A DNA stretch of 63,852 nt, filler included, from Chrysochromulina tobinii (taxonomy: Eukaryota), in NCBI GenBank assembly GCA_001275005.1. It is 9 parts of 9 records of this genome, joined end to end, with 100 filler letters (N's around TTAATTAATTAA, not from the genome) between each part and the next. Parts side by side here need not be neighbours in the genome. Positions count along the whole stretch, not along the records: positions 28,083 to 33,561 come from JWZX01000877.1; positions 33,662 to 36,944 come from JWZX01000878.1; positions 37,045 to 47,414 come from JWZX01000879.1; 6 more parts are not named here. One strand, 5' to 3'. The notes below the pieces were generated by a model. The model was not told the DNA's origin and did not search any database. It was given only the letters and a program-made list of their open reading frames with translations. A program made the position numbers and the translations under genes. The stretch's first letter is position 1. Each line of letters begins with the position of its first letter. Positions 32,375-43,585 of this stretch are shown here, in pieces.

Positions 32375-33337
32375 TCAATCCGACGCGCCTTTGCTGACGA
32401 TGGCCATCGCGGCGCGCTCCCACACGGCCGCGCACGCCTCAAGCGCAGAGCGCTCACCGAGCATCACCCGCGCCGCCAGCCGCGCTCGCTCCGCCTCGGG
32501 AGAGTTCCGGGAAGCTTCCATCGAGGTTTCGTCAGAGGTTTCGTCAGACGTGGGCGCGGCGAGCGGCGCGAGCTCGATCGCGGGCGGCAGAGCCTCGAGC
32601 GCGGCGCCCACGGCGGCGCGCACCTGCAATCAGACGCAATCAGACGCAATCAGGCGCAATCAGGCGCAATCAGGCGCAATCAGACGCAATCAGACGCAAT
32701 CAGACGCAATCGCACCTGCTCGGCCACTCGCGCCTCGACCGCCGCCCCGATGGGCCTCTGCAGCTTTTCCCACAGCGCATTCGGATCCGCCTTCCATTCC
32801 TGGAGCGCCGTCGCGAGCGCCGCCACGTCGGGCTCGAGGCCTTCCAAATTAGGTTGCAGCTGGGCGAGGCGAAGCAGCGGCGCCATTTGCATGCACTGCA
32901 CCGATGACGAAACTCGAGCTCGAGCTTGGTGAGTCCCAAATTAGGATGGGAGGCCATCGGGCGCAATCAGGCGCCATCCGGGGCAATCAGGAGCACTCAG
33001 CGGACCTGCTCCTTGACTGGCTTGAGATCGATCCACAATCAGACGCAATCAGAAGCAATCAGACGCAATCAGACGCAATCAGACGCAATCACACCTGCTC
33101 CTTGACTGGCTTGAGATCGATCCACGTGCCCTCCGAAGCGCCTTCGTGAGCGCCGAGCGCGACGAGCAGCGCGCGCTTCTGAGCGCTCAAGGGGTCCTCG
33201 GGCGCCACTCCGGCGAAGAAGATCGGGCGGCCGCCGCTCGCGAGCCACTGCTTGTGATCCTGGCCCGGCACGAAGCCATACGTGTAGAGCATCTCCCACG
33301 AGGAACGCCAGCCAGACTCGCCGTAATCGATGAACAC
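32375..33337 (-). CDS. 5'-partial SET-domain protein of the Rubisco LSMT family (C-terminal part)
   Basis: VFIDYGESGWRSSWEMLYTYGFVP, QKRALL, PLLRLAQL, RLAARVMLGERSAL. Introns 32624-32715 and 32896-33094, plus a truncated satellite intron at 33338-33561. Confidence 0.7.
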
Positions 33338-33693
33338 CTAATCAGGCGCAATCAGACGTGCTCGGAGCCACTCAGACGCCAATCAGACGCAATCAGACGC
33401 AATCAGAGGCAATCAGGCGCAATCAGACGTGCTCGGAGCCACTCAGACGCCAATCAGACGCAATCAGGCGCAATCAGAGGCAATCAGGCGCAATCAGACG
33501 TGCTCGGAGCACTTAGACGCGATCAGACGCAATCAGGCGCAATCAGACGTGCTCGGAGGCANNNNNNNNNNNNNNNNNNNNNNNNNNNNNNNNNNNNNNN
33601 NNNNNTTAATTAATTAANNNNNNNNNNNNNNNNNNNNNNNNNNNNNNNNNNNNNNNNNNNNACGCGTTTTGCGCTCTCTCATTCGTCGCGTGG

Positions 33694-34299
33694 TTGTGGC
33701 CGACCTTGTTGCGCGAGCAGCTCGCGGTGCAGCCCACCTTCCCGGACTTCATTGGGCCCACTCTGGTGGTCGCCGCCGGGCGAGCCTCGTTTGCGCGAAA
33801 CGCCCTCGGAGGCCTCCTCGAGGCGTGCCGTGCGGTGCCGCTCGAACATTTTTCGCCCGACGGCACGTGCAGCACTGCTGACGAGCTAGCGCGGTGGCGG
33901 CGATGCGCATCGGCGGACGGCAAGAGGCCCGCAGAGGCCCTGCCAAGGGAGGGTCGCGCTCAAGAATTTGATTGGGCGCGGACGGAACTGCCGCCCATTG
34001 ACATGGGGCAGGTTGGCGCGGCGGCAGCGGCCGCGGGTGCGCTCCGCAGCTGCGCAGGTGCTCGGCTGCGGGAAGGGGCGCGCGGGGGAGGCCAGAGGAC
34101 CACTGCCCTCTGGCCGGCCAAGATGCGAGCGGAGCCGCGGCCCGACTTTGTTCCCCTGCCCGCCGGCACACCGCGCGAGCTGCAGCTCGTCGGCGGCCTG
34201 CCAGCCCGCGTGCAGCTGCGGCGCTCGCCTGCCATAGCGGCGACGGCGGCCATGACGAGGGCAGGGCGGCAGCAGCGGTCGACATCTCGGCCGCCCTAG
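33694..34299 (+). CDS. Hypothetical protein fragment
   Basis: 201-aa ORF at a contig start, with no recognisable motif. Confidence 0.25.
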   Translation: MWPTLLREQLAVQPTFPDFIGPTLVVAAGRASFARNALGGLLEACRAVPLEHFSPDGTCSTADELARWRRCASADGKRPAEALPREGRAQEFDWARTELPPIDMGQVGAAAAAAGALRSCAGARLREGARGGGQRTTALWPAKMRAEPRPDFVPLPAGTPRELQLVGGLPARVQLRRSPAIAATAAMTRAGRQQRSTSRPP

Positions 34300-34463
34300 C
34301 CTCGAACACTAATGAAGCAAAGAAGCCTGCGAGCACAAGACAGAGAGGACAGAGAGAGAGGCTGAGAAAAGGGGGGGAGTAACGGTGGGTAAGCGATTCG
34401 GAGGCAAGTGCGCGACAGTGTTCGTCAGAGTTTCGTCAGGGGTTCGTCAGTATCATGAATCAA

Positions 34464-36944
34464 TTAAAATCTCGTGAAACCATATATGCGAGCAGCAGCA
34501 GCGACTCCTGGACGACAGTGTGCATGAAGGAGAGTGTGAAGAGCATCCTGGCGCCAGGTGGCGTTCGAGGTGCCCGAGATCGCGTCCAAGTTATCCTGGG
34601 TGAGCCACGCGTACGTGCCGTTGAGGCCGGCGCGGATGCCCGCGGGCGCCTCGTTGGTCACCTTGATCGACGTGTGCAGCAGGCCGATCGCGAAGAGGGG
34701 GGTGAGGCTCGGCAGAAATCCAACAGCGGAACTCGTCGTGTAAGTCCTCGGGCTCAGCGTCTTCAGGTTGGTCGGCACTTCCTCGACGAGCCGCAGCCGC
34801 TGCTCCTCGAGCTCCAGCTGCTCCGCCATCACGACGCGCCTGAGCAGCTGCTGCTCGAGGCCAGCCATGGTCACGGCGAAGTTGATCACGGCCACCTGCG
34901 CGCACAGCTCCGGCGAGAAGTGCGGGTTGATCATGCGCGTGGTCATGTACATGTGGAACGTCTCCGTGTACTGACACTCCTTGTCGGCCGAGGCCGGCCT
35001 TCCAGCCGCGGCCGGAACGCTGGAGGAGCTTGTCGAGCACCGGGTCGAGGATCGGGTCGAGGACCTCCTTCACATTCTGAATGAGCAGCGGCTCGCCAAA
35101 GGCCATCGAATCCTGGAGCGCGTTGCGGAAGCGCTTCTCCGTGAGCTCGGTGATGCGTACTTCGTGTTGCGTACTTCGCAAAGTTCTGCATCACGCCGGT
35201 CATGAATGCCTGCACGAAGAAGAATTTGGGCATCTGGAAGACGGTGGGCGGCCCATCGTCGAGCCAGTGCTGGAAAAAGTCGAGCCGTTCGAGCAGCTCT
35301 GCAATGTACGACGAGAGCGGCTTGAGGGAGGGGTACGAGACCTTCATCCAGAGCAACGGCGTCTGGTTGTTGAGCATGTTCTTGGAGAGGCCCTCGAGGG
35401 CCGCGTCCATGACGACGAGGCCCTTGACGGCCTTCTGGAGCGTCTGCAGCGAGCCGCGCACGCGATCCAGCAGCTTGTTGAACTTGGCGAGCTCCTGGCA
35501 GATGACCGTGTTCTTGCACTCATCGTACCGGACAGGGTAGCGCTTCATGGCGACCTCCATGTCGAAGTTGGGCGGCAGCTTGGCCAGAATGTCCTTGGAC
35601 ATCTCCATCATGATCTCGTCAAAGGACTTGGCGCCAGCGCCACCGCCGCCGGCCGACTGCGTGATGAGCACGGTGGTGAGCGTCTGCGCCACCTCCTTGA
35701 GGTCCTTGGTGATGTCCGCGTTGTCGTTGAAGCCGAAGACATCTGGCGAGGGCATGAGCGGCCACTGGCGCACATAATCCACCGTCGCCTCGTGCGACTG
35801 CAGCTCGTCGATGGGCACGCGGTACGAGCCCGACGCGTTGAGGAAGAAGCCGTCCTGGAGGATGCCGGCGCAGTAAATGTTTCGGACGGCGGTCGTGAGC
35901 GTACGCCGGTCCTTGTCGTCGGTGACGCGCCCGCCGTAGTTGCACTCGGCCGTGAGGTAGTTGAGCGCCGCGAGCGGCACCTCCTCGTACAGATCGAGGA
36001 ACATCTGGAGCTGGCGCACGGAGATGCGCAGGTAGGACTCGTTGAATTCGTACGCGATGTTCCAGCCGAGCGGCCCGTACTTGCGCCGCTACTTGCGCCG
36101 CTCCTGCAGCCACGCGTGCAGGAAGCATAGCCCGAAGAGCATCTTGCGGAACGCATCCGGCTTGCCGCACTTGTTGAAGAACTCGGGGTCATTGATCGGA
36201 TCGCCCAGGTACGAGCCGACCATGTTGGCGCGCAGGCCCTTGGGCGGCTCGTTGGTCATCTTGACGCCGTTCTGGAGGATGCGCACGGGGAAGGCGGGCG
36301 ACGGGTACGAGGTGAGCCACAGCCGGAAGTTGGACGAGACGCTCTTCGGGTCCATCTCCTCACACAGCCGCTCGAGCGAGACCATCCAGCTCACGAACAC
36401 GTGGCAGTTCTGGAGCACGACCCACACTCCGTCCTTTTGGCCCTGCTTGACCATGCTCTCCGCATGGGGCCCCTGGCCCTGGCCGACCGAGATCGACTCG
36501 ACGCGCCGGCCCTCATTACTCGGCAAACTTGAGAAGGGAGAGCATCGGGTCGATGCCCGACGAGAGGATGAAGACGAGCGGCGAGGTGCTCGTCGAGTCT
36601 TTTAAGGTGCCCTCGAGGTCGAAGGGCGGCGGCTCACGTTCCGGTACAAGAAGGATAGGAAGAACGCGTTCAAGTTCTCCATGCGCTTCTCGAGGTCGCT
36701 GTTGGCCTCCGAGTCGGCGATCACGCGGAAGAAGAGGTTGGTGAACCAATCGAGCGAGTATTGGTACATGGGGTCGACGTCGGAGAGCAGCGCGATGCAG
36801 AAGTAGAGTAGCGACGTGCGTTATGCAACCGGCTTGTACCCGTTGCGCGCGATGTTGATCTTGATCTCAGTCTCGTCGGCAATCTTCTGCTTCTCGGCGA
36901 TCTCGTTGCCAAGCACCTTGGCGGCGCCGAGGATGTTGATGGCC
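34464..36944 (-). pseudogene. Disrupted, rearranged axonemal dynein heavy chain fragments
   Basis: Motifs [77 protein letters not shown] and NPHFSPELCAQVAVINF. In-frame TAA at 36821-36823, further stops and frameshifts, and out-of-order segments. Confidence 0.85.
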
Positions 36945-37044
36945 NNNNNNNNNNNNNNNNNNNNNNNNNNNNNNNNNNNNNNNNNNNNTTAATTAATTAA
37001 NNNNNNNNNNNNNNNNNNNNNNNNNNNNNNNNNNNNNNNNNNNN

Positions 37045-37235
37045 GGATACATGCAAGATACATCAAAATACATCAGGATACGTATCCGATAGGAAACCAC
37101 CCCCAAAAAGGATAGGAAACCCCCCCGCACCCCCCACCTCAGTGAGACAGTTTTCCGTCTCAGTGAGGCGGATTTTCCCACCTCAGTGAGACGGTTTTAA
37201 CGACTCAATGAGGCGGGAATCGTGGCTAACTGAGA
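37045..37235. repeat. Contig-end repeat cluster: ATACAT repeats, duplicated GATAGGAAACC and four CTCA(G/A)TGAG palindromes
   Basis: Palindromes start at 37138, 37159, 37182 and 37204. Confidence 0.6.
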
Positions 37236-37583
37236 CAACTTTGGGTTGGGTCTGTCCCTTTGGGTTGGTACCTCCGACCTTCCTACCCCGTTGGCTACAG
37301 GGGTATTCGGTTGCGCTGGTTTAGGAACTTGTGTGTTTCGACTAATTAGCTTGCTTGCTTGACACACTACAGGGCTGGAGTCATGTATTCATACAGTACT
37401 TCACGCTCCGCCACATGACCGTCGCGCCTACGAAAACGGGGGGTGACGAAACGCATTGACGAAACGGAAAGATTCGTCCGCAGGGAACGTCGTCAGTGAG
37501 CGCGTCGTCCGCGGTCTCCCTGACCATGTCAAAGGCTGTCGCAGTCCCAGCCTGTGTCTCTGACACGAATCAAAACACGAACA

Positions 37584-38948
37584 ATGTCGCCGACGTCGCT
37601 GGAACTCACCTTCGAGAAGAGCCCCCTCGAGAAGAGCCCCCTCGAGAAGAGCCTCTTCTCGGGCAAGCCGGCTAGCCGCGGTGCAGGCCTTGGAGTCGTC
37701 TTCATCGCTTTCCTCGTTCCATTCGCGCTTGCGGTGGCCGCATTGATCGTTTGCGGTACGATGCTCACGCGTATCAACGACCTCGAGGACCAATTGCGCG
37801 TATACACGCGCGCAGGCGCGGTCCTCAGTGAGTCGCCGATTGCACCGGCTGGCTTTACAACCACCTCGTCCCTTTCCACGGGTTCGGGAGGCTGGGCGCT
37901 TAGCCCGGACCTCATGCCCTCGCCTCGGTCGGACCTTCAAACTGTTGCGTGCAACGGCACGATCGTCGTGCTGGGCGGCCTCGATGCTAACGGTACCGTT
38001 CGTGGCGAGGTGTGGACGTACGACGCCGTCTACGAGACGTACGCCGCGGCCGCGCCCATGCCGAAGCCCCGGTTCCGGTTTGGTGCCGCGTGCCTTTCGA
38101 ATCGTGTCTACGTCGCGGGTGGCTTCGAAAATTCGACGGCGGGCGAGATGGGGTGGAGCCTCGCCTCGTGCGACGTGTACGACGTCGCTGCGAACTCATG
38201 GGCGGGCGCGCGTACCTGCCCCGATCTCCGCGTAGCCCGTGGCGACCTCGCCTTTGCAGCGACGGCCGGGCAGCTCCATGCCATCGGCGGTTACGATTGG
38301 AACTACAAAGCCCTGGATGTGCACGAGGTCCTGAGCGTGCACGAGGCCCATGTGGGCGCGTCGTGGGCCGTCGCGCCGCCAATGCCACTCGCCAAGGGCG
38401 ATGTACAGGCCGCCGTCGTGGGCAATCGCATCTTCGTGCCGGGTGGCTGGGGTGGTCCCGACATGACCTTTCTGAACGAGCTTGCGGTGTACGACCCTGC
38501 GAGCGCGGCGTGGGAGGAGCGCACTCCCATGCACGCGCCGCGTGGCGACCATGCGGTCATTGCGCTCGATGGGCGACTCCTCGTTCTCGGCGGTGAGCGC
38601 TGGTCGGGCGAGGAGCTGCCCGCCTCGTGTGCGTACGCATGGGGGCCCGAGTGTAACGTCAACCTGATCCCGATGCATGGCGTTGAGATGTACGACGTCG
38701 AGGATGACACGTGGACGGAGCTCTGCCCCATGCCCTCCTCGCGCTTTCGGTTCGGGGCGGCGCCCGTTTCCGCCGACTCTGTGTTCGGCGCCGCGACCCC
38801 TACCGGCTTTCACCACAGCCCATCGGAGGGCGCCATCCTTACGTTTGGTGGGCATGAGCACGGCGAGCTCGCCGTCAGCACCAATTGGAACTTCCACTAT
38901 GTCCGCCGCGCCTCCCTCTACGTTCATAGCACCGTCCCGCGCGAATAA
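37584..38948 (+). CDS. Kelch-repeat beta-propeller protein with an N-terminal membrane anchor
   Basis: About six Kelch repeats (MP.PR...IVVLGG, VYVAGG, LHAIGG, IFVPGG, LLVLGG, ILTFGG); TM VVFIAFLVPFALAVAALIVCG. Confidence 0.9.
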   Translation: MSPTSLELTFEKSPLEKSPLEKSLFSGKPASRGAGLGVVFIAFLVPFALAVAALIVCGTMLTRINDLEDQLRVYTRAGAVLSESPIAPAGFTTTSSLSTGSGGWALSPDLMPSPRSDLQTVACNGTIVVLGGLDANGTVRGEVWTYDAVYETYAAAAPMPKPRFRFGAACLSNRVYVAGGFENSTAGEMGWSLASCDVYDVAANSWAGARTCPDLRVARGDLAFAATAGQLHAIGGYDWNYKALDVHEVLSVHEAHVGASWAVAPPMPLAKGDVQAAVVGNRIFVPGGWGGPDMTFLNELAVYDPASAAWEERTPMHAPRGDHAVIALDGRLLVLGGERWSGEELPASCAYAWGPECNVNLIPMHGVEMYDVEDDTWTELCPMPSSRFRFGAAPVSADSVFGAATPTGFHHSPSEGAILTFGGHEHGELAVSTNWNFHYVRRASLYVHSTVPRE

Positions 38949-39538
38949 CGGTCGGGAGCCGCGCGCCAGCGACACGTGCGTCCGAGGGGCGGCCGTGGGG
39001 GCGGCGAGGGCTGTGGGGTGAGGCGCTATGCTGGAAGCAGGGGTGGCAAGTGACCGCAGGGCCAAGCCGCTCGGCGCCACCATGGGGGGAGGAGGGTGCA
39101 GGGCGAGCGGAGGGGCCAAGGCTCCGCTCGTCACCGAGCCATGGGGCACGGTGGTCACATGTAACTACGGAGGTTACATGTAACTACCGTCTGTGGCGAT
39201 ACCTCCCGAGTCAAGTAGCTACGGGGCGGCGAGTCACATGGTATGATGGAGTCGACGGAAGTGGAAAGAGCGGCGACGCGCGCGACGCTCCCGCGAGACA
39301 CGCGCGACGAGAGGTAGAAAGGCGGACCAGAAAGCAAACCAACCCCCATTTCGTTTCTGAGAACAGAGAAAAGACCATCCTCGAGACAGGAGACACACAG
39401 CGGGGAGACACGACACGCGACTGGCGAGCTGCAAGTCGGCTAATCACGCGATCGTCTCAAGGCCCATGGAAAGCATCTAGCCGAGCATGGAAAATAAGTA
39501 TGGTGGCCCTCGTGATGGCTGCCCTTGCCCCGCAGACC

Positions 39539-40756
39539 TTAGAGCGAGAGCATCCACAAGTTGAACTCCAAGGACCATTTGGGTAGCGCCTTTTTAGCGC
39601 GCCGTCGGATGGCTGGCTCGTGACGGATGATCGCCATCAGCAGCACCCTCCCCATGTTCCAGATGCAGAGCGCCGGCGCGGGCGTGCGTGTGAGTTGCTC
39701 GACGATCAACTCGATGCAGCCCGCCTGTGCCGCCTGGTGCCGTCCCTCGGACACGTCGTCGTCGTCGCCATCGACGAAGCCAAAAAGGGCGAGGTAGGCG
39801 GCGTGCAGCACGGGCGTGTTGTCTGCATGAAGTCGCATCGCACTCCCGAGAGCGCTCACGACACCGCTTCGGTAGGCGCGCGTGCGTAGCCGTTGCGACG
39901 AAGTTGGACCGGTTGGTTGCACCTCGCGCATCGCCGCACGCGATGTCGCATCGAGGTGCGCGTCGCCCCCCCGCTCGGCGTCCAGACCGCCCCGTACGAG
40001 CTCGAGGCTGATGGAGGCGAGCAAGGTACATGCAAGCTCCTGCACATCAGCGCTGGATCGCGCGAGCTGCATCGCATGCACCAATACGTCCAGAATGTGC
40101 GCCTCGGGCCGCGGCAGCAGAGGCGGCACCGACAATCCGTGGCCGCCCGCACCACTGCTGCCGCCTTCGGCTTCGGACAGGGCTAGCGCGAGCGCGAAGT
40201 CCGAGGACGTGTCCGGCACCAGCGGCAGCGGCGTGGGCGGCGGCACCGCAGAGGCGCCAAGAGCCGTCGACGTCATCATCGTCGTCGTCATCCGCTGCTT
40301 GCCCGTGCTCTTCGCCGAGCTGTTGCCGCTGGGGTCCGCAGCTTCACCCAAATTTTCGACGCCTGCAATCCGTGCGGTGGCCATGTCCCATTCAGGCGCA
40401 CGCCACGTTGTCTGCTCATCCGCGGACTCCGAGCTGCCGCCGAGTGCGGGCATCTCGGCGATCAGCGCTCGGATGGGCATACTACGCAAGAGCCACAGCG
40501 AGGCGAGCTGAATCGTGACGTCTTCCGGTGCGTTAAGCATGTCAGTGAGTATGGATTGACTCGAACGCGCCTCCTGAAACGGGACCAGCGATGGCGGTGG
40601 CGTCGGGCTGATGTTCATGAGCTCGAGCGCCTCGAGCGCACGCTTTCGCAGCTTGTCATCGGTCGCGGTTGAGGTGCTGCGCTTGATCCTGCCAACAGCG
40701 CCAAGAGCGCGGACCTGCAGCACGGTCATGATGGCCCTCGTGTAAGCCTCACTCAC
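39539..40756 (-). CDS. Hypothetical ARM-like helical-repeat protein
   Basis: 405-aa ORF with ILDVLVHAMQL...VQELACTLL and GVVSALGSAMRLHADN..VLHAAYLAL; start uncertain. Confidence 0.5.
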   Translation of the reverse strand: MSEAYTRAIMTVLQVRALGAVGRIKRSTSTATDDKLRKRALEALELMNISPTPPPSLVPFQEARSSQSILTDMLNAPEDVTIQLASLWLLRSMPIRALIAEMPALGGSSESADEQTTWRAPEWDMATARIAGVENLGEAADPSGNSSAKSTGKQRMTTTMMTSTALGASAVPPPTPLPLVPDTSSDFALALALSEAEGGSSGAGGHGLSVPPLLPRPEAHILDVLVHAMQLARSSADVQELACTLLASISLELVRGGLDAERGGDAHLDATSRAAMREVQPTGPTSSQRLRTRAYRSGVVSALGSAMRLHADNTPVLHAAYLALFGFVDGDDDDVSEGRHQAAQAGCIELIVEQLTRTPAPALCIWNMGRVLLMAIIRHEPAIRRRAKKALPKWSLEFNLWMLSL

Positions 40757-40931
40757 ACGAACTTGAGAAAGAAGCCGTCGGCGCGGCGGATCGCGTATTT
40801 CTTGAGCCCCCCAAAAGTTTGGAAGGCACGGCAGCCCCGTACAAGTCCCGCCACACCCCCCGGTCGCACAGGATCCCCCGGGCTTTCGTCATAGGTGCGC
40901 ACTGAGATATCGCCCATGACAGCGCGCGTGT

Positions 40932-43585
40932 TTGCTCAGAACGGTCGTCGTCACAGCAGTCGAACAACCTTTTGGCCGGCTCCGCTCCGCGGCAGGTTGG
41001 AACGAACCTTCGAACGGACCCTGCCAGCTGATGGCTGCCGAAAGTTTGCTCAAGTTGGCGGTGCCTGTGTCTTCTGGCGACCAGTTTGGATGCTCCATCG
41101 CCTTGGACAATATGGATTTTGCGCTCATCGGAGCCCGTAACGACACCGTGCGGTCTGGCGCTGTTGGAGCAGGTGTTGCATACTGGATGCGATTGCGATC
41201 AAATACAGTGAACGCCAGCGCCGTTTTGCTCCAAGTGCTGCGCGCACCGGACGCCGTACCAGGCTCACAATTTGGGGCCGCCGTGGCAATCAAGGATGGC
41301 TACATGGTCGTTGGCGCGCCGCTGCAACTCATCGATCCGTTCTACCCGAATTCTGTATCACCTGTATCACCGCCCGGCGTATGGCGAGTCGCCGGAGCTG
41401 CGTACGTGTGGCGGTACACGACCGGCCCGCCGTCCACGTATGTGCGACGCCTCACGTCGGATGCGCCCACGGCCGACTATCGCTTCGGCTCTGCCGTCGC
41501 GATCAATGCAGGGCGCGTCGTGGTCGGCGAGAGCCCAGAGTCCTATCCTGCGGGTAGTCCGCTTCCATCTCACAATGGCAACGTGTACATCTTCAATTTG
41601 ACAAGCGGCGTGCTGCTGGCCAAGCTATGGCCCGTAGATCCGGTGAACGGCACCCAGATCACGGGCTGCTTCGGCTTCGGCGCGGCGCTTGCATTCACGG
41701 ATGGGCTGCTCGCCGTCGGCTCGCCTCGGGCGAAGGCCCCTTGTGCATATGGTGCGCGATGGGGTGCAGTGTGGGTCTTCGAGACAGCTGGTTGGAATCA
41801 GACCGCCAAAATCTTGCCTGCGAGGAGCGAGGGCGCCCTCCGCAGCGAATTCGGCTTCTCGATCGCGTGGCAGCGTCGGTCGGACGGCAACGGGTTCTCG
41901 CTGCTCGTCGGCGCCCCAGGGCTCTTGGACATGGGCGCCGTGTACACGTTCGGCCCCTTTGACAACCAAAACTCATCGCAACACGCTCGCGTTGCCTCCG
42001 AACCCTGGGGCTCCGAGAACGCGTCCCAAACTCGTCCGTGGGCTCCGCGTCTGCTTGGCGACACCGTTGGCGCCGGCCGCTTCGGCCACTCCATCTCCAT
42101 CGATTCCGATAGCGGCGTCGCGCTCGCATCCGCGACGACGCGCTTCACGGCGCAAGGCCCCAACACTGGCGGCGTCAACCTGCTTCGGCACTGGGTGGTA
42201 GGTGGCTGCGAGACGACTGCGGCATCGCAACCAACGTGTACTTTTGGGGACTGCGTGCTCATCTCCGATCCGAACAGCCCCGTGAATAGCCGCTCCTCGC
42301 CACCCTGGCCTCCGGCAAGTCCCCCTCCGCCAGCCGCACCCCCTGGCTTGGGCTGCGTGCGCATGCCATTGCCGCTGTCGCACGTCATGCCACGTCCGCT
42401 ATGGGGCACTGATACCGAGGATCTCGACGAGTTTGGGACGAGCGTAGCGCTGAATAGCAATGGCTTGGGACTCGTCGGCGCAAGTAAGCATGCAGGCACT
42501 GGCGCCCTCTATCTATTCGTGCCGCCTCCGTTCGCCCCCCCCCCCGGAACCTGCCCCCGCCGCCACACAGTAGGCCGCCACCGAGCCCTCTGCCGCCGAT
42601 GCGCCCGCCCGCCCCGCCCGCGCAAATCAACGACTCACTCACGATGATGTCTGTTGGGATAGCGGTGGGCACGGTGTCCTCAATCGGCGCCGTCCTCGTC
42701 CTGATGAGCATCCTTTCTGTCCTCCGGGCCAGGGCGCGAGCTGCGGGCGCGCGTGTCCAGCCTCCGGCCAACGGTAAGCACCGGCGCGTCCATTTCAGCG
42801 AGGAGCGTGTGGAGAAGCAGGTGCAGGAGCCCAGCCCAGGGATCCTGGTCGTGCTGCCGGCGGCGCCGGGCGCCGAAGGTGCCGAGGTTATAGACGGCGT
42901 CCACGTTTACATTTGGAGACAATATGTCGACCCAGCGTCCGACAAGTCGTACTACGTGAATGCGAAGGGCCAGACGACGTGGGACCTCCCCGACGCGGAT
43001 GCAAAAAAGCCGCGCGCACCAGCGCGAGCGGAGCCTGTGCGAGAACGGGCATCGACCCCCCCGAGCTCACTGCTGACTCCCGATCTCGCCAAATTGCCTG
43101 GTGCATCAGAAATTTTGCCTAAATTTGAGCCCTTTGCTCAACAAGCAGATGCGCAGTGGGAGGCCTTCCAAGCGAAGCGGAAGGCCCCTAGAAGTAGACC
43201 AGGGACAGCCGTCGCCAAACCCCCTCTCGTCTCTGAACCGCGGCCCACGACGGCGCCGAGCGTGTGCCAGAGCTCGCCCGGCGGCTCGTCCGTACGGCAG
43301 CGGTTGCGCAGCACCGTGGTCGACTTTGTCCAGCCGCCATCCGCTGTGATCGCATACATGCAAGCAAAGACGGAGCGCATCTCGAGGAAGCCCGGCACGA
43401 GCCGGCCAATTATTGTATCTGCCCCGGGCGAGGACGCTGCAAGAATCGATCATTTCCCACAGGCACCCGTGGGTGAGGGCCTAGACGAGGCGGCTGCAGT
43501 TATCGATCATGTCCGACAGGCTCCCGTGGGTGAGGGGGGACGAGGCGTGGACGAGGCGGCGGCGACGGGCGATCGAGGCAAGTGA
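40932..43585 (+). CDS. FG-GAP (integrin alpha-like propeller) type I membrane protein with a cytoplasmic WW domain; one frameshift in a C11 run
   Basis: Seven FG..(V/I)(A/S) repeats (FGCSIAL, FGAAVAI, FGSAVAI, FGAALAF, FGFSIAW, FGHSISI, FGTSVAL). Frames join at 42535-42545. TM VGIAVGTVSSIGAVLVLMSILSVL; WW WRQYVDPASDKSYYVNAKGQTTWDLP. Confidence 0.75.

Noticed and set aside
36821..36823. Possible alternative genetic code suggested by in-frame TAA/TGA
   Set aside because: TAA, TAG and TGA all terminate intact genes here (LEU1 TAA, Ubl-RPA32C TAG, CDK7 TGA), and the dynein also has frameshifts
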